Shown piece by piece: positions 40,383 to 47,289 of a DNA stretch of 64,000 nucleotides. The DNA lies in contig DAOTUA010000179.1 in assembly GCA_034437355.1 (NCBI GenBank), forward strand, positions 1,790-65,789, read 5' to 3'. Source of the stretch: Anaerolineae bacterium (GTDB taxonomy: Bacteria > Chloroflexota > Anaerolineae > Aggregatilineales > Phototrophicaceae). Below the pieces are notes generated by a model. The model saw only the letters and a list, made by a program, of their open reading frames with translations, ran no database searches and was not told where the DNA came from. The translations under genes and the position numbers were made by a program. How positions within the stretch are numbered: position 1 is the stretch's first letter; the number at the start of each line of letters is the position of its first letter.

Positions 40383-41312
40383 TTACCCGTTGACATGCGT
40401 CAACCAGTTGAATGTGTCCGGCTGTTTACCCGACGTAATCCCGAAAAACCGATCCTGCACCGCCTTCGTGACCGCCCCTCGCGCCCCACCACCGATCCGA
40501 ATCCGATCAACAGAGCGAATCGGCGTGATCTCCGCCGCCGTCCCCGTAAAGAAAATCTCGTCCGCCACATACAACATCTCACGCGGTAACGCCTGGAACT
40601 GCACCTCATACCCCAATTCTGCCAGGATTTGCAGCGCACTATCCCGCGTGATCCCCATCAAAATAGACGATGCCGCCCCCGGCGTATACACCACCCCATC
40701 CGCCACCACAAACAGATTTTCCCCCGCCCCCTCACTGACCAACCCGTTCATATCCAGCGCGATCCCCTCCGTAAACCCGTTATCCTTCGCTTCCATACTG
40801 ATGTACTGGCTGTTGATGTACTGCCCGCCAATCTTGCCCATCGGCGTGAGCGCCCCCGGCGACATCCGCCGCCACGAACTCACCGCCACATCAACCCCCT
40901 GCTCAATCGCCTCTTGCCCCAGGTAGCGCCCCCACTCCATCGTGATAATCGATATATCCGTCGGCGTTGTGCGCCCCTCCAACCCTTGCAGCCCGTTCGG
41001 ATGTGCCCCCCGGTACACCACCGGACGAATATAACAGGACTCATGCCCGTTACGCCGCACCGTCTCCAAGATCGCCGCGTTGATCTCCTCCGCCGTATAA
41101 TCCAGCTCGATCCGCGCAATCTTGGCAGAATTCATCATCCGCGTTGTGTGTTCCGCTAACCGGAACACCGCCGCCCCCTTATCTGTCGCATAGGCCCGTA
41201 TTCCCTCAAATACGCTCGACCCGTAATGCAGCGCGTGCGCCGTCACATGCACGGTTGCATCCTCGTATTTCACGAACTCGCCATTCATCCAGACCCATTC
41301 CGCTGTCGCCAT
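40383..41312 (-). CDS. ilvE: branched-chain amino-acid aminotransferase
   Basis: 309-aa ORF of class IV aminotransferase type (LHYGSSVFEGIRAY, GEGAGENLF, TGTAAEITP). Confidence 0.9.
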   Translation of the reverse strand: MATAEWVWMNGEFVKYEDATVHVTAHALHYGSSVFEGIRAYATDKGAAVFRLAEHTTRMMNSAKIARIELDYTAEEINAAILETVRRNGHESCYIRPVVYRGAHPNGLQGLEGRTTPTDISIITMEWGRYLGQEAIEQGVDVAVSSWRRMSPGALTPMGKIGGQYINSQYISMEAKDNGFTEGIALDMNGLVSEGAGENLFVVADGVVYTPGAASSILMGITRDSALQILAELGYEVQFQALPREMLYVADEIFFTGTAAEITPIRSVDRIRIGGGARGAVTKAVQDRFFGITSGKQPDTFNWLTHVNG

Positions 41313-41337
41313 CGGTGTTACCCTCTTTGCTCAATCG

Positions 41338-41394
41338 TAAAATAAAAAACGCGCCGTTGCCCCTCTCCGATACGCGGTAGGGCAGTCGGCGCGT
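41338..41394 (-). terminator. long intrinsic-terminator hairpin plus U-tract, 25 nt upstream of the ilvE start codon
   Basis: The minus-strand RNA is ACGCGCCGAC-UGCCCU-ACCGCGUAUCGGAG-AGGGGCA-A-CGGCGCGU followed by UUUUUAUUUU. There is no U-tract on the plus strand. Confidence 0.55.
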
Positions 41395-41504
41395 CCTGTA
41401 TACATAACGCAGGCCGGCACGCATCACATATCGCAGATGCCGCTTGTTGGTACGGTATTGCTTGACCAGCCTGTAATCTTCCCACGTTTCTGGTTCCTAT
41501 CCTC

Positions 41505-41536
41505 AAAATTAAAAAACCTCCCTGGCTTGGGAGGCT
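41505..41536 (-). terminator. attenuator terminator of the ilv leader
   Basis: The minus-strand RNA is AGCCUCCC-AAGCCA-GGGAGGUU followed by UUUUAAUUUU, about 47 nt after the leader-ORF stop. Its 5' arm is also complementary to the segment right after that stop codon (see findings). Confidence 0.65.
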
Positions 41537-41582
41537 TCTGATTATCTTTGCTTTGCCTTAGAAAAAAAGCCACCCAAGCACC

Positions 41583-41666
41583 TTAGAACCCGCCTATAAT
41601 AAGTACGAGTACAAGTACAACAATAATACTAATAACGACGCTCAGGCTACGAATTTTTGCGTTCAC
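41583..41666 (-). CDS. ilv-leu operon leader peptide candidate, 27 aa (MNAKIRSLSVVISIIVVLVLVLIIGGF)
   Basis: My translation runs from GTG 41666-41664 to TAA 41585-41583, with an in-frame TGA six codons upstream. Sixteen of 27 residues are Val (6), Ile (6) or Leu (4), including an unbroken run of 11. This is the same style as enterobacterial IlvL (MTALLRVISLVVISVVVIII...). No SD is visible. The ORF is too short for the ORF track. Confidence 0.6.
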   Translation of the reverse strand: MNAKIRSLSVVISIIVVLVLVLIIGGF

Positions 41667-41716
41667 GGCAAAAACACACTTTCATCTGGTTTCAATTACT
41701 TCACTTACACTACAAA

Positions 41717-41745
41717 AGATTACCGCCCCATGCGCAGGCTGTCAA
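41717..41745 (-). promoter_or_regulatory. sigma-70-like promoter for the ilv leader transcript
   Basis: The minus strand reads TTGACA, then a 17-nt spacer (gcctgcgcatggggcgg), then TAATCT. It lies ~50 nt upstream of the leader GTG and ~85 nt downstream of the argH stop. Confidence 0.45.
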
Positions 41746-41829
41746 CCCATTCACTCCCGAAAAAATCGCTTTATCAAAACTTCATATATATTGACCGCTA
41801 TCCGTTGTGCATACCACACAAACCCGATC

Positions 41830-43206
41830 TTATACCTCACCCGCCAAGATCGCCTGGGCTTGCTCAATCTGCTCGCGCACCGCATCCGGCGCAGTCCCCC
41901 CCGCCGCCCGACGGTTCGCCACCGACGCCTCAAAATCGAACACCGCCGCCACATCCACCTCAAATAACCCGGAAATCTCCCGCAAATCCGCCAGTGTAAG
42001 CGCCGACAGCCCCACCCCGCGCGTTTCCGCTAACCTGACTGCTTCCCCCGCCACATGATGCGCCTCACGGAACGGCATCCCCCGCCGCACCAGATAATCC
42101 GCCAAATCCGTGGCCAGCATCGCCGGGTCCAGTGCCGCCCGCATCTTCTCCGGGTCAAAGCGCAACGTCCGCACCACCGCCGTTATCACTGGCAGCAACG
42201 CCAATAACGTATCTGTTGCATCGAACAATGCTTCCTTATCTTCCTGTAAATCCTTATTATAGCCACTCGGCAAGCCCTTCAACGTCGCTAAAAACCCCGT
42301 CAAATTGCCGATCAACCGCCCCGCCTTTCCCCGCGCCAGTTCCATCGGGTCAGCATTACGCTTCTGCGGCATCAAACTAGACCCCGTACTATACCGATCA
42401 TCCAACACCACAAACCCGAACGCCGGGTTGCTGTACAAGATCACATCCTCCGCTAACCGGCTCAGATGCACCCCACACAACCCCAGGCCGAACAACACCT
42501 CCGCCACAAAATCTCGGTCGCTAACCGCATCCAGGCTGTTCTTGCTGATCGCCTCAAATCCTAACCGTTCCGCCAGCGCCGCCCGGTCAATCTCAAACGG
42601 ATTCCCTGCCAACGCGCCCGACCCCAACGGCAACACCGCCGCCCGGCCCCGTGCATCCCCCAACCGCCCAATATCCCGTTCAATCATCCAAAAAAAGCTC
42701 ATCAACCAATGCCCGACCGTGATCGGCTGGGCCGGCTGTAAATGCGTATACCCCGGCATGATCGTTTCCACCTCCGCCGCCGCCTGCTCCATCAATGCCG
42801 CCTGCACGCCCCGCAACGCCCCGACCAACTCATCTACCGCCCCCATCACCCACAACCGAAAATCCGTCGCCACCTGATCGTTGCGAGAGCGCCCCGTGTG
42901 CAGCTTCCCCCCCACCGGGCCTACAATTTCCGTCAGACGGCGCTCAACCGCCGTGTGAATATCCTCATCTCCCGGCTTGTACTCAAACACACCGCTTTCA
43001 ATCTCCCCCCGTACCCGATACAGCCCATCTACCAGCTTTTCAGCTTCCAGTGGGGTGATCACCCCCGCCATCTGGATCGCCCGCGCATACCCCACACTCC
43101 CCGCAATATCTTGTAACGCCAACCGCCGATCATACGGCAAGCTATCGTTTAACTTGCGTAGATCGTCGTCCGTCGGCTCCTGGAACCGCCCGCCCCATAA
43201 TGTCAT
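41830..43206 (-). CDS. argH: argininosuccinate lyase
   Basis: 458-aa ORF. MTLWGGRFQEPTDD, the fumarate-lyase signature GSSLMPQKRNAD, and TGRSRNDQVATD are present. Confidence 0.95.
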   Translation of the reverse strand: MTLWGGRFQEPTDDDLRKLNDSLPYDRRLALQDIAGSVGYARAIQMAGVITPLEAEKLVDGLYRVRGEIESGVFEYKPGDEDIHTAVERRLTEIVGPVGGKLHTGRSRNDQVATDFRLWVMGAVDELVGALRGVQAALMEQAAAEVETIMPGYTHLQPAQPITVGHWLMSFFWMIERDIGRLGDARGRAAVLPLGSGALAGNPFEIDRAALAERLGFEAISKNSLDAVSDRDFVAEVLFGLGLCGVHLSRLAEDVILYSNPAFGFVVLDDRYSTGSSLMPQKRNADPMELARGKAGRLIGNLTGFLATLKGLPSGYNKDLQEDKEALFDATDTLLALLPVITAVVRTLRFDPEKMRAALDPAMLATDLADYLVRRGMPFREAHHVAGEAVRLAETRGVGLSALTLADLREISGLFEVDVAAVFDFEASVANRRAAGGTAPDAVREQIEQAQAILAGEV

Positions 43207-43255
43207 AATACCCTCTCCTTATTTCTGCTCACCTTATGCCGATACCTGGCAGCTA

Positions 43256-43288
43256 CACGGGGGACACATCACACCATGACCCCCGCGA
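43256..43288. repeat. GC-rich hairpin in the argG-argH spacer
   Basis: The minus strand reads CGCGGGGGTCATGGTGTGATGTGTCCCCCGTG, preceded by GTAGGT. The stem is CGGGGG/CCCCCG. Confidence 0.4.
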
Positions 43289-43304
43289 CCTACCGGAAAC
43301 CGCC

Positions 43305-44579
43305 CTAATCTCGCTTGAACCGACTGTAATCCGGCTCATCATGCTGGCCTTCCAACCCACCCTCGATATTCAACAATGCTTGCACCTTCAACGGCAGCCC
43401 AAACAGGTTGATAAACCCTTCTGCGTCCGCTTGGTTATACACATCCTCCTCACCAAACGAAGCGTAATCCTCACGGTATAAGCTATACTGGCTCTTACGA
43501 CCCACAATGATCACATTCCCCTTATACAGCTTCACCCGCACAACCCCCGTCACCGACTGCTGCGTCTTATTCACAAACGCATCCAATGCTTCTCGCAGCC
43601 GGGTATACCATAACCCGTTATACGTGATCTCGGCATACTTCAGCGCGATCACATCCTTATATTGCAACGTAAACTTATCCAGGCAGATACTCTCCAACGC
43701 CTGATGCGCCTTTAACAACAGCGTCCCGCCCGGCGTTTCATATACCCCCCTGGACTTCATCCCCACCAACCGATTCTCCACAATATCCACCCGCCCAATT
43801 GCGTGCTTCGCCCCCACCTGGTTTAACCGCATAAATAGCTCCACCGTTGGCAAATGCTCCCCGTTCAAACTCACCGGGAAACCCTGCTCAAACCCAATCT
43901 CCACATACTCCGGCGTATCCGGTGCATCTTCCGGGCTTTTCGTCAAAACAAACATCGACTCTTCCGGCTCATTCCACGGGTTCTCCAACAAGCCCCCCTC
44001 ATGGCTCATATGGTAGATGTTGCGATCGCGGCTATAAATCGACTGCTCCGTCGCCTCCACCGGTACGTTAAACTCCGCCGCATAATCCAGCGCATCCTCA
44101 CGGCTGCGAATATCCCAATCCCGCCACGGCGCGATCACCGCCAGTTTCGGGTTCATCGCCATCGCCGTTACCTCAAACCGGACCTGATCGTTACCCTTCC
44201 CCGTTGCCCCATGCGCGATAGCATCCGCCCCTTCCTTCTCCGCGATCTCCACCAGGTGCTTCGCAATCAACGGACGCGCAAACGAGGTCCCCAGCAAATA
44301 CTCACGCTCATACACCGCCCCCGCCCGCATCGTCGGGTAAACAAACTCCGTCAAGAACTCCGCCCGTAAATCGCGGATATACAACTTACTCGCCCCAGAC
44401 TGAATCGCCTTCTCCTCCAGCCCCTCCAATTCATCCTTCTGGCCCAAGTCCGCCGTAAAGCAGATAACCTCGCAGTCCTCATAATTGTTCTTCAACCACG
44501 GCACAATCACCGACGTATCCAACCCGCCACTATACGCCAGTACCACTTTTTTCACCTTCGGCTTATCTTTCTTCGCCAT
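43305..44579 (-). CDS. argG: argininosuccinate synthase
   Basis: 424-aa [16 protein letters not shown] (the PP-loop motif) and [13 protein letters not shown] are present, with AAGGAG upstream of the ATG. Confidence 0.95.
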   Translation of the reverse strand: MAKKDKPKVKKVVLAYSGGLDTSVIVPWLKNNYEDCEVICFTADLGQKDELEGLEEKAIQSGASKLYIRDLRAEFLTEFVYPTMRAGAVYEREYLLGTSFARPLIAKHLVEIAEKEGADAIAHGATGKGNDQVRFEVTAMAMNPKLAVIAPWRDWDIRSREDALDYAAEFNVPVEATEQSIYSRDRNIYHMSHEGGLLENPWNEPEESMFVLTKSPEDAPDTPEYVEIGFEQGFPVSLNGEHLPTVELFMRLNQVGAKHAIGRVDIVENRLVGMKSRGVYETPGGTLLLKAHQALESICLDKFTLQYKDVIALKYAEITYNGLWYTRLREALDAFVNKTQQSVTGVVRVKLYKGNVIIVGRKSQYSLYREDYASFGEEDVYNQADAEGFINLFGLPLKVQALLNIEGGLEGQHDEPDYSRFKRD

Positions 44580-44608
44580 CTTTTCTATACTCCTTCACGG
44601 CCTAAATT

Positions 44609-44631
44609 AAAAAACCCGAACCGAGTTCGGG
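44609..44631 (-). terminator. intrinsic terminator hairpin plus U6, 29 nt upstream of the argG start codon
   Basis: The minus-strand RNA is CCCGAAC-UCG-GUUCGGG followed by UUUUUUAAUUU. Confidence 0.6.
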
Positions 44632-44834
44632 CGAAACGTCACAAAACAACACCAAACCGACCGAACGCGCTAACGCGAATGGGTTCTATAGCGGCTCTGG
44701 CGTCGGGTATCGTGCGTAAATTTCGTCATAAGTTGCAAGCATACCGCATCCACCGGATAAATCAAGCAATTGCTACCCGCTAGCAGAGTAAGCGCATCAA
44801 ATGCGGGGCCATATGCCAAAACCGCAAATCTGAC

Positions 44835-44901
44835 GTAGGGGAGGGTTGCCGTGCCCTCCCGATACGCGCACCAGCGGGAGTACACAGTGGTACTCCCCTA
44901 C
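44835..44901. repeat. REP-like element bounded by GTAGGGG ... CCCCTAC
   Basis: GTAGGGGAGGGTTGCCGTGCCCTCCCGATACGCGCACCAGCGGGAGTACACAGTGGTACTCCCCTAC. It aligns over its whole length with the reverse complement of 49401..49468. Confidence 0.7.
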
Positions 44902-44966
44902 AAAACAGCTTTTGGGAACCCTTCATGGACGGTATGATATTTTGACGCGATTGCCCTAGCCCGTCA

Positions 44967-46277
44967 TCACACTTGCTCCGCTTCTCGCTGCTCCCGCATC
45001 AGAATCGCTACGATCTCGTCAATATCCCCCTCCGCTTCATGCAACTGGTTCGGATACGCCGGCACAATATCCGCCAGGTTATCCGTGTGATAATTCACCA
45101 CCGCGTCCGGGTCTTTCAACACATGCCCCGTCAAGACCCCCACCACCAACTCATCCGGCCCGATGACGCCCGCCGCTGCCAACTTCCGCGCCCCCGCCAA
45201 CGAACACGCCGACGCCGGCTCACAGCCGATCCCACTCGCATCGATCAGCGCCTTGGCATCCATAATTTCCTGGTCCGTTACCATCTCCACCACACCCTGC
45301 GTCCATTCCAGCGTGCGGCACGCCTTGGCATAATTAACCGGGTTCCCAATCTTGATCGCCGTCGCCACCGTCTGCGCCTTCATCGCCTCGAACGACTTAA
45401 ACCCATTTTTGTACGCCCAATACAACGGGCTTGCCCCCTCCGCTTGCACAATCGCCAGCCGGGGCAGTCGGTCGATCAACCCCAATTCGTACAACTCAAA
45501 TAACCCCTTCCCAAACGCTGACGAATTGCCCAGGTTCCCCCCCGGCACCACAATCCAATCCGGCACTTGCCACTTCAACTGCTGGATCACCTCAAACATG
45601 ATCGTCTTTTGCCCCTCCAACCGGAACGGATTAATCGAGTTCAAAACATAAATCCCGACACGCTCCGCCGCCTCCCGCACCAACTCCAGGTTCCGGTCGA
45701 AATCCGCATTGATCCGAATCCCCGTTGCATTATACGCAATCGCCTGCGCCAGCTTCCCGGCCGCCACATTCTTATTTTGGAAGAAAACGATCCCCTCTAT
45801 CCCCGCCTGTGCCGCATAAGATGCCAGCGCCGCCGACGTGTTCCCCGTACTCGCACACGCCACCCGTTCCATCCCCAATACCTGCGCATGGGTCACGCCC
45901 CCCGTCATCCCCCGGTCCTTAAAAGACCCGGTCGGATTCTCCCCCTCGTGCTTCAGATACAGCGTTTTTAGCCCCGCCCACGCCGCCAACTTCGGCACCG
46001 GGTACAAGTTCGTGTTCCCCTCCGGACGGCTGACGATCATCGCCTCATCCACATCCGGGTATACCAACTCTTTGAAGCGCCACACCCCGCTATTGTACGG
46101 TGCATCCAACGGCCCCAACCCCAACCGCGCATCGAATGTCTCTCGTGTCACCGTCTTACGCAGCGCGTCTAAGTCGTGCTGCACATCAAGCAACCCGCCA
46201 CAACTTTCACACGTATAGATCAACTTATTAATCGGGTATTGCTGTCCACATTCCACACATTGTAAGATGCTCGGCAT
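44967..46277 (-). CDS. thrC: threonine synthase (long form with N-terminal Cys4 zinc-ribbon)
   Basis: The PLP motif GSFKDRG and the N-terminal CVECG...CESCGG are present. I prefer ATG 46277 (GAGGA upstream) to the track start at 46289. Confidence 0.9.
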   Translation of the reverse strand: MPSILQCVECGQQYPINKLIYTCESCGGLLDVQHDLDALRKTVTRETFDARLGLGPLDAPYNSGVWRFKELVYPDVDEAMIVSRPEGNTNLYPVPKLAAWAGLKTLYLKHEGENPTGSFKDRGMTGGVTHAQVLGMERVACASTGNTSAALASYAAQAGIEGIVFFQNKNVAAGKLAQAIAYNATGIRINADFDRNLELVREAAERVGIYVLNSINPFRLEGQKTIMFEVIQQLKWQVPDWIVVPGGNLGNSSAFGKGLFELYELGLIDRLPRLAIVQAEGASPLYWAYKNGFKSFEAMKAQTVATAIKIGNPVNYAKACRTLEWTQGVVEMVTDQEIMDAKALIDASGIGCEPASACSLAGARKLAAAGVIGPDELVVGVLTGHVLKDPDAVVNYHTDNLADIVPAYPNQLHEAEGDIDEIVAILMREQREAEQV

Positions 46278-46336
46278 GGTCGTCCTCATCCGTTACTCAG
46301 TTACACGTACACGCTACCCAAGGATAGCTTTTCCCC

Positions 46337-47275
46337 ATGTCAAATACCATAGCAGAAGCCTTCGCCCCGGCAACCGTCGCTAACCTCGGTGTCGGGTTCG
46401 ATATTCTCGGCCTCGCCCTCACCGCCCCCGGCGATATTGTCCGCGCCGAACGCCGATCACAGCCCGGCGTCGAAATCACCACTATCTACGGTGACGGCGG
46501 CCAGCTCCCCCTCAACCCCACCGAAAATACCGCCAGCGTCGCCGCCCAGAGCGTCCTCAACGCCATCGGCACCGATCAGGGCGTCACCCTCACCATCGAC
46601 AAACAACTCCCACTTGGTAGCGGCCTCGGCAGCAGCGCCGCCAGCGCCGTTGCCGGGGCCATGGCGACCAATGCCGTTTTTGGCAACATGCTATCCCGCG
46701 AGCAACTCCTCGCCCCCGCCCTCGACGGCGAAGCCGTCGCCAGTGGCTACCACCCCGATAATGTCGGCCCCGCCCTATTCGGTGGCATCACCCTCTTTAC
46801 CGCCCCCCGCCCCGATGCCCTCATCCGTATCCCCGTTCCCGCTAATCTGCACCTCGCCCTCGTCACCCCCGAGGTTATCGTTAAAACTGCCGACGCCCGC
46901 GCCGTTCTCCCACAAACTATCCCCCTCAGCGCCATGATCAAACAGACCGGAGCCGTCGCCCGCCTGATCGACGCGCTCTACCGCCAGGACATCGAAGCAC
47001 TTGGGGCCGCCATGGAAAGTGATTCCGTTATCGAACCCGCCCGTCAACACCTCATGCCTCACTTCCACGCCGTCCGTGCCGCCGCCCACGCCGCCGGAGC
47101 CTACGGCCTCGTTATTAGTGGAGCCGGGCCAACCCTGCTCGCCGTCTGCGATACCGCCATCGCCGCCGCCGCCGTCGCCGGGGCCATGGGTGCGATCTAC
47201 AAGTCCCGCAACATCGACAATACCACCCTGCACGGCCAGGTTGGGCACAGTGGGGCCTATCTGCTCACCGCCTGA
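46337..47275 (+). CDS. thrB: homoserine kinase
   Basis: 312-aa ORF with the GHMP-kinase motif PLGSGLGSSAASAVAG and N-terminal FAPATVANLGVGFDILG. It is divergent from thrC with only ~60 nt between the two starts. Confidence 0.9.
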   Translation: MSNTIAEAFAPATVANLGVGFDILGLALTAPGDIVRAERRSQPGVEITTIYGDGGQLPLNPTENTASVAAQSVLNAIGTDQGVTLTIDKQLPLGSGLGSSAASAVAGAMATNAVFGNMLSREQLLAPALDGEAVASGYHPDNVGPALFGGITLFTAPRPDALIRIPVPANLHLALVTPEVIVKTADARAVLPQTIPLSAMIKQTGAVARLIDALYRQDIEALGAAMESDSVIEPARQHLMPHFHAVRAAAHAAGAYGLVISGAGPTLLAVCDTAIAAAAVAGAMGAIYKSRNIDNTTLHGQVGHSGAYLLTA

Positions 47276-47289
47276 ACCCCAGCGCCGGC

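Noticed and set aside
41375-41391. A 17-nt exact match CGGTAGGGCAGTCGGCG between the ilvE leader hairpin and the LysM gene (54100..54116).
   Set aside because: About one exact match of this length is expected by chance between the two strands of a GC-biased 64-kb window. The flanks do not align.
41206-41506. Track ORFs 41206..41427 and 41318..41506 (minus strand) in the ilvE leader region.
   Set aside because: They run through the terminator hairpin and into ilvE out of frame. They are Arg-rich, lack ribosome-binding sites and have no BCAA codon enrichment. They are not considered coding.
41583-41666. The 27-aa hydrophobic ORF read as a type I toxin (Fst/Ldr-like small membrane peptide).
   Set aside because: It lies directly upstream of the ilv-leu operon. 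Its composition is almost pure Val/Ile/Leu. The alternative hairpins downstream fit a leader-peptide attenuator far better, and no antisense RNA promoter is evident.
44670-44885. The 71-aa track ORF in the thrC-argG spacer, taken as a real gene.
   Set aside because: Its 5' half is the REP-like element 44835..44901, and it has no SD. Only its last 19 codons are discussed, as a speculative leader ORF.
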